Position numbers and translations under genes: made by a program | Source of the DNA: Paragordius varius | Taxonomy: Eukaryota; Animalia; Nematomorpha | Assembly: GCA_964247055.1 (NCBI GenBank) | Contig: OZ176056.1 | Span: forward strand, 4,030,001-4,094,000 | DNA length: 64,000 bases | Reading direction: 5' to 3' | Shown here: positions 1 through 12,845 of the stretch, in pieces | How the letters are laid out: the number at the start of each line of letters is the position of its first letter | How positions within the stretch are numbered: the stretch's first letter is position 1 | The notes under the pieces: model-generated | The model's input: the letters and a program-made list of their open reading frames with translations, nothing else | Database searches by the model: none | What the model was told of the DNA's origin: nothing

Positions 1-309
1 TTAGATATCGGAAATTTTTCAGTATATTAGTGGCTCTAATGCCATACAACTAATATAAATGAACTGGCGAAAATGTGCAAAAGAGCTGATAATTTTAGTT
101 TTTTGGGTGGTAATATTAAAAATATTTAAAGACAATTTTTTTGTTAAAAGGTTCACAAAATTATTTGAATATCTTCACACAGATTGATAGTTGCGGTTTC
201 AGATGCACTATTTCAATCATAAAAAGATTAGTTTGAAAAATATAATAAATTTTATTACTTTTAAGGAATTTAATTTAGTTAACCTTCTTTTTTATATTTT
301 TCTATTAAG

Positions 310-3300
310 CATTATGCCCAAAAGATATACAAATCGGAACATCCCAATGTTAATAAAAGCTATGCAATAACTTATGCAGGAAAGGAATTTGAAGCTGGAT
401 TAAAGCATATGATTTTAGAAACATTGTTCAAAGCCAAAGCTCAAAGACCCAAGGCGCTTTGGGGTTACTGGGGTTATCCCAAGTGTACCAGGTTTAAAAC
501 ACAGATGACTTGATATACATAATTAATTTTATATATTACTTAGGTTATTACACAGTCTAAAGTAATTGGGCATTTTTATAGGATGGGCATAAAATCTTAT
601 TTCCTTAAACACATCCAATTCATAAAAAATTCACCCATGAACATTCAATTTATTCATCCTTAAATTTTAGTTTTTTAAGGTAAATAAAACCGAAGCGATA
701 TTACTTTAAACAAAGTTTAACATTTTTTCTCCTTTATGACTTTTTTCATAAATGTTGAAAAACATTTTTGAAAAGGTCAAATAGGTAATATTTCTTTCAA
801 AAAGCCTAATAAAGTTTCATTCAAATTGATTGAATACGCGAAAATATGTACGCAACCTTTATTTTGGCCAATGGCAGAAAGGAAAATATATGTTTTTTTA
901 ACATTCTGAATCAGGTTTACAACACAAATGACTTGGTGGGCCGGACATTCGGATTAAAAAATTCGATGGGCTGCATTCGTAAAAATATGGTTAATTGACA
1001 AATATTTTATTAGCTATAAAAGATAAGACTGTAAAAAATACCATTTATTTAAATAATTTTAGCTATTTTATTGCTGAAATTCGAGACTTATGCAAAAAAT
1101 TTGTTCAAGGACAGTTTTTTTAACATTAATTTTGCAAAATTTTATTTAAAGTTTTTCGCGGGCTGGAAAAATATTTCAGAGAGCTTGATGCGGCCACTGG
1201 CCACAGGCCTCGGACACCCTTGTTATAAGTAAATCAAAATGATGTTACTAAAAATTGGAGAGATGTAATATTAAATATTTTTTTGAATTTACAGGACTTT
1301 AAATGATTTACAATGTGATTCGGTTAAACGTAGACAAAACAATGAAATAAAATGGATGTTTCATCATTCCGAAGCCCTATTCCCCGCCATGTATTTGAAT
1401 GAAAAAGCCCTGCCTGATGTGGAACATCGTGGCATATTTATGATAAAGAGTACAAATTTCTAATTTTAAAATTTTAAAGTTTAAAACATATTTTGAGGAA
1501 TTATTTGTTTTCAGTGAAAATTATAATACTCATACAGACATATGAGACAAATATATATTTTCAAAGACAACCACTTGATTTTTCAATCATAAATTTTTGA
1601 TTACAATTGAATTATGTTAAAATTTACATTTTTATTTCTTATTTTACAAGTTAAAACAAAGAGTTAGTTTAAGTTTTAACATGTATAGGGCTGTATTGAA
1701 AAATATTTGTCTTATGTTGTTTTCTTTAAATAATTTTTTTTACTATTTATATATATATAAATATAGTGATGCTAGAAAGTCGCCGGGTTCGTAGACTTGT
1801 GTCAAAACCCCTACCTATTTATGCCTACATTCGTTACACGTTTCAGAATTCACCTATCTATTCATTTCTGACAGCGAGAGATTTCGAAAATAATATTGGT
1901 CAGGCAATCGATACCGGATTAAATGGGATTGTAAATACTATTATTTATAGAATATTATTTTTTAATTAATTAATGTTCCCTTATATCAGGGATGTCCAAC
2001 ACGCTTTTTATAAAAAATGGATTTCAATCAAAAATTTTCAATAATATATCATTCGAAATTGGACTCATAACAAATAAAAATGCCAACTATTAAAGTAGTC
2101 GCTAAGATTATATGGACACCTCTTATTTATATAGTTTTATCGCATATAAAATTGAAATTTTATTGGGCTGACCTCGCTATGAAGGAATGGAAATCGATTT
2201 TAACTTTTTTTTATTTGTTTGACTAAAATAGCAAATCAAAAAGAATTGTTTAAAACTAATGGACATAAATTTATTTGTAAAACACTCTGAAAAGGGCAAA
2301 TATTTTTATTTTCCCCTACCAACATTATGGTATTTTTTTGAAAACCCTTTTGAGTTTACACGTTTTCATATGAAAGTCGATTTAAAATTTCCATAATTGG
2401 GAATAAAATTTGATCCTAATTTAATATAAAAATTAGATGTTGTTAGGCATATATGCTAGAAGATATAACATATTGGACATAATTTTTAAAGCAATTTCCA
2501 ATATGCGTGAATTCGACGGTTTATATGATTTTAAAAAATGTTAATTATTCAAATATATCACTAAAACCATAACAGAGGTGTATACGGGCCAATTTGATTG
2601 AAAAATTATGCAATGTTTTTACAAATGTTAATTATTTTTTAGATTATTTGGGGTTCTCATTCAGATTTTGGCGATTGCGAAAAGTTAGCCGAATACATGA
2701 AAACTACGTTAGGGCCTATCGCTGCAAAAATGTTGAAGTACTCAAAGGGTAGGATACATATAATATTGTTTTGCTTCAATGGCTGTATTTTTTATACATT
2801 TTTGCGTATACATAAGTAATTATAATTGAATCTATAAGGAAAATTTTTTTTAAGATCGACCATATCTTGATTTAATTTATGGTATTATTAGGTATGGTTG
2901 AAAGGGTATAAAACAATAAAATATTAAGTCACATTAATTCAATGATGCTGAATATATCTATAACCTTAAGTTTTTTAATAAGATTCGTTGGTCTTCGAAA
3001 TTGACAATTTATATGTAACCATCCTATGACGAACGAATTTAATCTGTTGATATAAAATTTATTAAATTACAAATAATGTACCTTTTATGGTATCTTAATA
3101 TGTGTGCATACCGTTTTAACCATACTTCAAAATATCATGAAGCACAAATTCAACAAAACTTTGCCTAATTATAATCTAAGTAAAGTATTTTCAAGCATAT
3201 ATTTTAGGGGTGGTAATCTAACATATATTAAGTTACGCAATTTTGGCATTTTTACTTTTATTTCAAAATACCGTTTTGGGGTTTAGAAATCTAACAGTTT

Positions 3301-4776
3301 TGGTTCGAACTTAAAACTCTGATTTTGTAAATATATTAGCAACAATTTTCATGCAGAGTACACACAAAAATTTCTTGAAGAAATATATATATTCTATTGG
3401 AAAATTGTGTCAGGTTCTCATAAAATGCTTTTGTTTTAAGGCTTACGAGTCATTTGAAAAAGTAATTTCCACTGGTTATTGCTGTATTATTAGCGATCGG
3501 CGCACATTATTTTGAGAACAAAGCTTAAAGTTGAATACACCACACACTGTGTCAGATGCCTAACTGTTTTCATGGCTGAAAACATGTGTAGTAATAAAAT
3601 AAATACTATATAAATCAATGTGCAAATTTATACATAATATCACACATAACAGGGATTATAAAACGCATTTTGTTTATAATGCTTTTGGCTGGGGCTTTAA
3701 ATATCATTTATCAAAATAATATCTATTTTTGAGTTAAATATTGTCCAAAATTAGCCAATATTTTAAATATAAAAGTTTCATCCTATAGAAAGAGTTCATA
3801 TAGACATATTGACTCACATTACCGCTCTTACGCTAAAATAAATATTTATTATATTAAATTTAATGTGCGATTTTATTTATGAATTAAATACAGAGAAAAA
3901 CAGTGATAATGGTAAATATCCATATTTGATAAAAAAATTTATCATGGTCCTTTTTTCTTACATATTTTCTGATTTTACAGTCCATATCCATTCTAAAATC
4001 TAAATTTTATAAATCACCTAAATCCATAAGAGCATCTTTTTCATAATAGATACAGGTAATCAGAAGCCTCTAAATATATTTTGATAACTAGTAATTGAAG
4101 ATTTATTAATCGATAGAAGTTTATGTTAAAGTTTTTTTACAATATTTAATTTATAATATTCAACGCATTAAATCTAGCTTACGGATAGATATTTTAAGAA
4201 GCTCAATTTTTCACTTTATGGAGCCAAAAAAGGAAGTGTTAATAATGTTTGGCATGGTAAATCAAAAGTTGGATACTGTTTGATAAATTTTTTTTGTGGT
4301 CCATAATGGTTTATACAAGTGGTGCTGACCAAAAAGTTTAGGCCGCAGTCTCAAGGGCTGGGAATCATATACCTATAAAAGTTACAGAGCTGCTATTCGC
4401 AAATGCTGCCAGCCAATATAAATATATCAACAAAATGAACAAATAAGTCACGGCCATAAGCACTTTTAGTGTTACATGCGGCCCGTGGGCAGCGGTTTAC
4501 CTATCGCTGGTTTATAGAGTTTAAGACAAGTTTTAACCGAAATTTGTATTTTTAGCCAATATAAGTTTACATTTTTGCTTGATTATTATAATATTAATAT
4601 TTATAGCATGCAATGCCATAGTATGTAATTCCACGACCCAAACAAATAAACGATGCATAAATAGATTGTTTTTGGGTGAATCCAGTAAACATATACCTCC
4701 CAATGCATATGCCAAGTTTTGGGATATTCCAAATTACGATGAAATTGTCAACTTTCCAAATTATGCTTGTCGATGA
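310..4776 (+). CDS. Hyal: Hyaluronidase (glycoside hydrolase family 56), paralog A; 5' exons lie upstream of the window
   Basis: GT-AG exons 310-491, 1295-1449, 1767-1930, 2643-2748 and 4607-4776 join in frame. They give the GH56 motifs EFEAGLKHMILETL..RPKALWGYWGYPKC, QNNEIKWMF..SEALFPAMY, ESRRV..LPIYAY..DFENNIG, IIWG..C..LAEY..TLGP and CNAIVC..RC. Confidence 0.9.
912..1222. mobile_element. hAT-like MITE family 2 (CAGGGGTGTCCAA-type ends), decayed; paralogous copy at 17138-17443
   Basis: The ends resemble CAGGGGTGTCCAACAC..GGGCCGCA and GGCC..TTGGACACCCCTG. Related copies lie at 1987-~2124, 28257-28476 and ~44186. No TSD could be resolved. Confidence 0.6.
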
Positions 4777-5745
4777 AAAATTTAATTAACAAAAATCTTA
4801 TGTTTATGGTTAATAAATAATTCTTTTTGTTTTTCACATACATTACTTTCTGAATTGTGCGCATTTTTATAAATATTCCCAATAAAAAAATCTTTTTAAT
4901 AGTTGATTATCATTTTAGCGATATTAATCGATAAAGCTAAAATGTTTGTTCATGTATTATGCGATATGAAATATTCAAATTTTTGACACTAATTATTTTC
5001 ATTACCAAGGATCAGATTTTTTTAATGTATATGAACGGAATTTAAAATAATAATTTCGTTTAATATGAATTCTTCTTTGAACTAATAAATCGGCATTAGG
5101 GACATTATTTATAGTGTGGCTACTATTCCTTTTTAAACTTTGGTGATCATAAAACCCTCATATTTTAAATTCAATCCGGCTTTATTGTTAAATTTGAATT
5201 TATAAGGTTTTATAACCGAAATCATTTTACTACATCTTTTTTCCGATTACAAAACTGTCACTTGAGTATGACAATTGAAAAACCATTGTTCCCTGCTGAT
5301 GTTAATAAAGTAATAATTTATGCATTTAATAATTTTTGTCAATCTATATATTTATAAAAATGTAAAATGCTGGCTTTGTGATCTGTTCCGGAAAACCGAT
5401 AGACCCATAAAATCGTGTCTTTGAGACAATTTTCCGGAAAACGGGTTAGACCATTCAATTTCAATTATGATATTTTTTAGTTTTTTCGATTGCGCCCAAC
5501 ATAATCGGCTCGCTTTTTTAAATTAGGCCCTCTTTTTACCCGGGCCCCCTGATAAATTTTCAAAAATATTTATTTAATCAATTTTTCGCCCAAGGTATAC
5601 CGTAAAGTTTGGAGGATTCCAGGTATTCCCTGTTAAAAGCTAAAAATTTTAGTCGTGCGTTTTTTATATTGGCTGCCGGGTAAGGAAACCCTCTAAAATG
5701 CCATGTCGAAATAGGGAGACTATGGGGCTATATTTCATAAGAGGC

Positions 5746-6085
5746 TAATAACTGGGACGACAATGTAAAGGTAACAATAAATAAATTTATTATATATTGT
5801 ATATCACAAAAACAATGCTTATCATGATCTATATATATATATATATATCTAAGATAATTAGGTCTAATGTATTCACATATATCAAGGTGAGATGTTTGCT
5901 TATATACAATTATCTCAAGGTATAATAATAATATTCACAAGTGGTGGGGAGGTTATAATATAATAATAGTACACAGATAAGTTAATAGGTTAATGTACTA
6001 ATATATAACGAATGTTGTTTGTGTGGTTAATCTAGTCGTGTAATAAAAGATCTATTCAAATTAGCCTGTCAGTTACACTCTAACA
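5746..6085 (-). repeat. 3' LTR of the Gypsy element
   Basis: Direct repeat of 10027-10342 with a few substitutions, a ~30-bp indel and a TA-run length difference; adjacent to the PPT. Confidence 0.93.
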
Positions 6086-6098
6086 TCACTACCCCCTT

Positions 6099-9000
6099 CT
6101 AACGAAAGCGGGCAGGTTTCTGACGACTTCTTGTCGTGTACAGTCGTTCTTGTGTTTTAGCGGGGGAGTAAATTGCCTCAGGTTTCTGGGTATTATCATT
6201 ATTTGGACTTTCGGCTGTCGGAGTAATTGGTTCGATTTCGCCCCTTGAATTGATCGTGTTTGGTTGGGTTTCAACGATTGTTCCATCATCCGTGGCAGTG
6301 GTTACCTCCTCCTCATTTGTGATACTGGCAGTGGTCGGCTGTGGTTGTGGTTGTTGTACTATTTGGTCAGAGTGTTTCCTCACAACTTTGTGTTGGTCCT
6401 TGTCCCATACCTTGTATGAAAATAACCCTGTACGGTCCGTAATCTCTCCGGCGCGCCACCCTGGACTTAATTCATTTTTAATCATTACCTGGTCATTAAT
6501 GGCAAACTGCTGTCGGGGGGCCAGTGCATCTAACCATCTCTCCCTACTATTTAACCAGGTTAAGGGCGTATGGGGGGTGCGCTTGAAGATTAACTGGGCT
6601 GGGGTTTCTTTCGTTGTTGAGTGTATAGAATTTCTATACGCCCATAGGCTCGTGTTAAACGCTTCGTGGGTGGATATCCCATTTTTATTCTTTTGTATTT
6701 ATTTTTATTGTACCTCCTAACCTTTCTACCATCCCATTACTCTTAGGGTGGTAGGGGATAACCTTAATATGTTTCACCCCTAACGTACTTAAGGTTGACG
6801 TAAAATACTCATTACTGAAATACGAAGCGTTATCGCTCACGATCTCTCTTGCAAAGCCAAACCTTGCAAACGTTTCTTCTAATTTGTGGATTATTTTCGC
6901 TGCGGTTACCTTTTTCAAAATAAATCCTTCTGCCCATTTCGAGGCACTATCAATTATCAACAACCAATACAAACCGTCTACCGGTCCGGCTATATCAATA
7001 TGCAAACGCTCCCACTCAGCAACATTATGATCCCACTGATACGTGGCATTCTGAGTAACATTCGGCCTACTACGTTGGCACGATTCGCATTGACTACTGG
7101 TTTTTACCAGGTCATTTTCTAATTCTGGCCAATAACACGTAAATCTGGCCATCGCTTTCATGATCTCTACGTTGTTATGCCCGCTGTGTAGGTATCTCAC
7201 CACCTATTTTTGGAGGGGCTTCGGAATTACTATCCGATCATTTAAACTTAATAAGCCATATTGATATGCCAACTCGTCTTTACGGTTTACAAACTTTTCT
7301 AATTCTGGAAAACTCCAGTCATGGTTGTTTAACGCTTTAATTACTTTTTGTAATACTGAATCTAATGCGGTTTCTTTTCAAATTTCATCTCTGCTTAACC
7401 GCACGTTATGACAATTCAAAAATCTCAAATATCTGGTAACCGCATAATCTTCATCATAGGCAACGATCTCGTCAATCGGCCATCTCGATAAATAATCAGC
7501 TCTATTTTGAGCCCCTTTTTGATGACTTATTTCAAAGTCGTATTCATTTATCATATTAATCCACCTTAGTATTTTAGCATTTATCTCTTTTAAATTTCGA
7601 TCTCTATTTATTAACTTTGCTAAAGGTAAATGGTCAGTATATTATAAATTTTCTACCATATATGAAACTATGAAACTTTCGTAACGCAAATAATATTGCT
7701 TTTAATTCCTTCTCTATAGTGGAATAATTCCTTTCAGCGTTGCTACACTTTTGTGAGGCATACGCTATCGGTATGCTTTCACTATTAACTTCATGACTTA
7801 AAATACATCCGAATCCTAAATCTGACGCATCAGTTTCTATTATCAATTTCCTATTCGGATTATATGGTGTTAAAACACTTTTTCGCTTAACAAATTCTTA
7901 GCTGCTAACCAGCTTTTCTCATGTTTCTCGGTCCAACACCATCTCGTATTTTTACTAGTTAATTCATGTAAGGGCCGACTATCATTTGTAATTTTGGTAT
8001 AAAGCGTTCATGGAATGTCAAAAAACCTAAAAAACTACGTAACGACTTTTTATCTACCGCCCTTTTTAGTTCCTTAATTGCTTTGATGCTTTCACATGGG
8101 ATTATACCCTTTTTCGATATTTTAAACCCTAATTAGTTTACTGATTCTGCGCCCAATTTTATCTTGTCTTAATTTAAATCCGGACTTATCGAGACGACTT
8201 AATACGTTATTTAAATTGTTAATGTGTTCATTTTCCTTCCTACCAGTCACTAGGACGTCATCTAAATATACGCAAGTTCCCGGACTTTCAGCCAGCACTT
8301 GTTTCATCACTCTTTGGAAGATGATAGGTGCCGTAGCCAGTCCAAACGGCATGCGTTTGTTTCTAAAAAAACCTTTATGTGTTGAGATAGTTAACAATTC
8401 TTGACACTCCTCTGCCACTGGCATCTGGAGGTAAGCATCTTTTAAATCAATTTTCGTGAATGTGATACCTTCACCTATTTTCGATACCAACTCATCAAAC
8501 GTGGGGATTATGTGGGAGTCTTCTTGCAACCACTTATTAATCGTTACCCGAAAATCACTACATTAATTCGCCATTCGGTTTAAGTACATTAACCGTAGGC
8601 GTGGCCCATGTCACAGGTGTGGTGTTAGGATCAACCGGTTCTAAAATGCCTATCTTTTAGCCTCGTCAGCTCTTTCTCCACCTTTTCTCTCAATGGAAAA
8701 GGCTGCGACATGGCCATACTTTCGGGATCGCATTCGCTGCAATGCGAATTATTACAGGGTCCTTATAACACCCTAACTTATTTTCGAATAAATTTTTAAA
8801 ATTTTCACAAATCTCATTCAATTTAAGATAATTAACTTTAACCTGTCTCAATCTGGAATTTCGCCATCCAGTCCAGTCCACAGATTAGCGGGGCCATCCC
8901 CATCGTTTTGCTTAGGACACATATGTCCCCGGCCATTTGTTTACCATTTACCTGGACCTTGACACTTGCTGTCTCCCATCATTGGCACTGTGGTATTGTT

Positions 9001-9180
9001 GTACGATTTTACTGGGGGTGTCGGACTCAGCTTGGGTTTACCGATTTGCTCCCATGTGGCAAAGTTTATTACACTAATGTCCGAACCGGTATCATAGATA
9101 AAGTCTTTTTTTAACCCGTTTATTACTAGTGTTATCAGTAAGGGAGTTAGCGCCTTATGACGCACGTTAACTTCCTTCAA
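6099..9180 (-). pseudogene. pol: Retrotransposon pol (protease, RT, RNase H, integrase) broken by stops and frameshifts
   Basis: ORF pieces: 9180-8941 (FIYDTGSDISVI), 8529-8122 (KIDLKDAYLQ..MPFG..YLDD), 7846-7634 (IIETDASD..PIAYAS), 7203-6685 (HHCC, HIDIAGP, SDN, GMVER) and 6485-6099 (W.AG.I..G.FSY.V..RKHSDQI). Confidence 0.92.
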
Positions 9181-9190
9181 TAATTGCCTA

Positions 9191-9993
9191 TTGAAGTTGG
9201 GTCTTTGTTATTTGGCCACACACATTCTCGCAAAATGGTTCAGCTTTCCGCATTTGTTGCAGGATCGTCTCCAGACTAGACACTTGTTGGGTGGGTCTGT
9301 GGTGCCGCAATATTTACATGTGGTAGAAGATTTTATTATTGTTTGTCGATTGGATTTATTATGTTGTAACCGATTGATATTATTATTGCTGTTACTGTAT
9401 CGATTGCTATTGTTATTACTATTATTGTTATTCTGTTATCCAGCCCTAGCAGACTCATGTGCTAGTGCGAGATCTACGATTGTTTCTAGTGGGGCAGGAA
9501 TACCGTTTATCAAAGCATCTGGATACCTGGAATGGATATCCATCTCTAGTTGAGGCTGTCGCAGTCCTATTACGAATGCATCATGAATACGTTGTTCTAT
9601 GGCTTCAGTGAATTGAGCTTCTTCAGCTCCTATCTTGACACGCTCAAGGAATTGGGTAAAACTTTCACCCTCGTTGCGTACCAGCCTATAAAATTCAAAA
9701 CGACTTTGGAATTTTGATTTTGTCGGATTGAATATTTTTTTGCCTGTTTCCGTAATCTCCGCCCATGTGGCGTCTTTTATTTTTTTGGGGTATGGGTGTT
9801 GGTTAATCTTTCTTACTATCATGAATCCGCCATATGCTAGTATCGTTGATTTAAGCGTTCTTTCGGTTACTGGAATATCCTTTGCCTCGAGTACGTTGCT
9901 AATATACTCGAGGTACTCTTCAAATTTATTATTATCGTTATATTTTTCTATGGCTAAATTCGCAACACTAGTATGAGGAGCTGTGGTGTTCAT
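9191..9993 (-). pseudogene. gag: Retrotransposon gag with two zinc-knuckle motifs and a premature stop
   Basis: ORF 9993-9436 ends in TAA. The same frame continues through an N-rich linker to CKYCGTTDPPNKC and CNKCGKLNHFARMC. Confidence 0.85.
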
Positions 9994-10026
9994 TGGTTAG
10001 TCTGCCATACTCGTCTTGGCCACCAA

Positions 10027-10342
10027 TAATAACTGGGGACGACAATGGTAACGGTAAATAAATTTATTATATATTGTATATCATAAAAACAATGCTTTAT
10101 ATCATGATCTCTATATATATATATATATATATCTAAGATAATTAAGTCTAATGTATTCACATATATCAAGGTGAGATGTTTGCTTATATACAATTATCTC
10201 AAGGTATAATAATAATAATCACAAGTGGTGGGGAGGTTATAATAATATAATAATAGTACACAGATAGAATGTTGTTTGTGTGGTTAATCTAATCGTGTAA
10301 TAAAAGATCTATTCAAATTAGCCTGTCAGTTACACTTTAACA
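10027..10342 (-). repeat. 5' LTR of the Gypsy element
   Basis: Direct repeat of 5746-6085, followed on the minus strand by a TGG-starting primer-binding site. The PBS fits a tRNA ending GGCCACCA, as in tRNA-Ile (inference). Confidence 0.93.
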
Positions 10343-11966
10343 GAGGCAAAAATTTAAGTAGCGCGGTTTTTCAGGCTTAGCCCTTTATTAGGCCCTTCAC
10401 GGAAAAATGCGTCACCATCGAATATTTTAGTTTTAAGGCAATTTTTTTATAACTAATGAGAGCATATCATGAATTTAGGTATTCTTTGAAAAAAGGCAAA
10501 TCAAAATTGCGTTGTTTAGGAGTTAATTTTAAGAAAACTTATAAGGCCATATAAGGCAATTAAGTCGAACGGTTATTTTAAACTAGCTGTTAATTAGGCC
10601 CTTTACGCCTTAAAAATGCGCTATCATTTAATTATTTAGTTTTGAATCCTCTTTTAAAAACTAAGAACATATGGAGTGAATGATTCCAGGTATTCCCCTT
10701 ATAAAGAAAAAATTATGAAACGTCATTTTCTTATTGGACTCTGAGTAGGGGGCCACCCGCCTATAACTGCGCCATCATATCGATAAAGCGTGACTTTGGA
10801 GGCATGTTAGAAAATTTATCACGCCATATAATTTCAAATAGGGGGCTTGAAATATTCCTAAAAAGGCAAAAATTTGAATAGAGGGGTTTTATCAAATTAC
10901 CCCTTAATTATGCCCTTCCTGAAAAATGCGCCACCATAATGAATTTTCGGATATGAAGCATTTTTTTGAAATTCCACGAGAGCATATGGAATCAATTATG
11001 ATTCCAGGTATTACTCAAATTAAAGCAAATTTAATCGAGTGTTTTTTTGTATCACCCCTGGTTAGGAGGCTACCCGCGTAAACATCATATCGATACAGCA
11101 TGCCTTTGGAGCCAAATTTCAGAAAAACATTGAGTTCAATAAAGGCCTAATATATTTATTACCCTTAAAAAACAAATATTTTAGTATAGGGGGTTATTTC
11201 AATAAGTCGCTTTCTAAAGTTTTACGCCTTAAAAAATGAGCCGCCATAGAATGATATTTTCGTTTTAAAGCATATTTCCAAGAACGTATAGGATATAAAT
11301 CCATGATAATACCAGATATTCCCCGTATAAAGGCATAAATTTGACCCAACTTTTTAACCTGCCCCTGATTAAGGAGCCCGCCAAAAACTGCGATACTATA
11401 TAGAAATTGCGTTGTTTTGAAGCTAATTAACAGAATGAAGCCATATAACATCACTAAATGCTTGAAATATTACCCGTAACTAGTTAGCAGTTAAGGTCAG
11501 TCGTTTTAATTCGTTAATTTGGGGCTTTTATACCCTAAATATACGCCATCATATAAAGATTATTTAGTGTTAAGGTATTTAATAACTTATGAGACGATGT
11601 TATCAAAGATGAATCCAAATATTTGCCCGATAGCAAAGAAATTAACTCAACGTTCTCCATATAGGTCTATGGGTAGGGGTCAGGTTAAAAATTTAGACGC
11701 CATATAAGAATGGCTTGGTTTTGGAGCTAATTTCCAAAAACATAAAAAGTTATACGAGTTCAATAAAGGCTTTAAATACCATAAAAAGTGGTCAGTTTGG
11801 GGCATTATGAGTTTTATTAGTATGAATGCACGATTTTAAAAATTGAAGCACTGTTTTGAAAATCCTATAAGATCATATTTATTGAATAAAGTTTCGAAAT
11901 AGTCTATACATATGGATCATAATATATTTCCAGCGCTAACTTTGAATGAAACTTTGATAAATTTAA

Positions 11967-12845
11967 ATGATTTGGGAGACGCATATCAAACAGCTATTTG
12001 AAACTGATAACTTTTTTCAACACATCCAAACCAACCACCATAAAAGCGATAATGATAATATAATTAAATGGTTTAATTTGACCGCTCATGTAAGAAGCGA
12101 AAATAAAGGCCCAGTTTATGATATAAATGAATATCTTAACTTTCTACGGAATAACATGAAAACTGTAAATAGCAATACTAACCTAAACAATGGAGAAGAT
12201 CCTTTGTTTGATGGATCAGGGAATGGAGAGAAATGGCAAAATAGGGATTTTTTTATCCCAAACATTAATAAAACTAGCAGTCATCAATTAGAGGTTCTCG
12301 AAACAAAAAATCCTAGCAATCTTGAAGTAAAAGAACTAACCGACCAAATCGTAGAAAAGACAAAGGACAATCATGGTGTAATTAGCCTTTTAAATTCTTA
12401 CATACACCTGGCTTATGAAAATATTTGGAATTATCTTTTCGCCAAAAATACTCTTGATATCGGTACCCAAAATGAAAAAAATTTAGTTTTTCAAGATTAT
12501 TACAGAAATAATAACAATAATGCAAATCAGTATGATAACATACGTAATCAACGGTTTATGGAACCCTTGAACGAAATATTCCCCCTTTCCACACCTAAAA
12601 TTTTTAAAAAGTTAGGGATTGAAGAAAATGCCATATTATCCGCAGTAAATCTAAGATCATTCAGTATTTATGTTGATGCTCTAAGTCACATATCTATGGG
12701 ACAGTTTGTTTTGGGTCTTAATAATGTTGTCGCCCCTCATAATACGCATGAAGGTAATCACGGAGAAAACTTAAATGAAGTTAAAATGTTGGGGAGAAAG
12801 AATGCCAAAACTAACCTTGAAGAATCTCTCCTAATTAATGTATGA
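11967..12845 (+). CDS. Orphan 292-codon ORF (hydrophilic, Asn-rich), unknown function; probably an exon of a larger or truncated gene
   Basis: An 879-bp stop-free frame is unlikely by chance in DNA this AT-rich. It ends at a plausible donor AAT|GTATGA; a possible next exon starts near 13197 (VGPSDGNKVHF..). No family was recognised. Confidence 0.55.
   Translation: MIWETHIKQLFETDNFFQHIQTNHHKSDNDNIIKWFNLTAHVRSENKGPVYDINEYLNFLRNNMKTVNSNTNLNNGEDPLFDGSGNGEKWQNRDFFIPNINKTSSHQLEVLETKNPSNLEVKELTDQIVEKTKDNHGVISLLNSYIHLAYENIWNYLFAKNTLDIGTQNEKNLVFQDYYRNNNNNANQYDNIRNQRFMEPLNEIFPLSTPKIFKKLGIEENAILSAVNLRSFSIYVDALSHISMGQFVLGLNNVVAPHNTHEGNHGENLNEVKMLGRKNAKTNLEESLLINV

Larger units (their letters stand above)
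5746..10342 (-). mobile_element. Ty3/Gypsy LTR retrotransposon (Mag-like), full length but degenerate
   Basis: LTRs at 5746-6085 and 10027-10342 with 5-bp TSD GAGGC (5741-5745, 10343-10347). PBS TGGTGGCCAAGACGAG at 10025-10010; purine-rich PPT at 6100-6086. Domain order is gag-CCHC-protease(DTG)-RT(YLDD)-RNase H(IIETDAS)-integrase. Confidence 0.95.
5343..11936 (+). mobile_element. Helitron copy A, interrupted by the Gypsy element and lacking the 3' hairpin/CTAG end
   Basis: Same 5' terminus (A|TCTATATATTTATAAAAATG at 5343). 5343-5745 and 10343-~11920 align with 20593-~22600, and similarity stops before the hairpin. Confidence 0.7.

Noticed and set aside
23-240. Intronic sequence conserved with 16110-16330, with a hairpin suggesting an H/ACA snoRNA or extra exon
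   Set aside because: The lower stem is not kept in copy B, all frames contain stops, and the flanking exons join in frame without it.
4533-4715. Minus-strand ORFs 4533-4715 and 20031-20225 present in both duplicates
   Set aside because: Antisense to the last hyaluronidase exon; their conservation is explained by the sense gene.
6089-9976. Plus-strand ORFs over the retrotransposon (6250-6720, 6886-7122, 8216-8404, 8908-9114, 9191-9553, 9728-9976)
   Set aside because: Antisense shadows of gag-pol with no recognisable domains.
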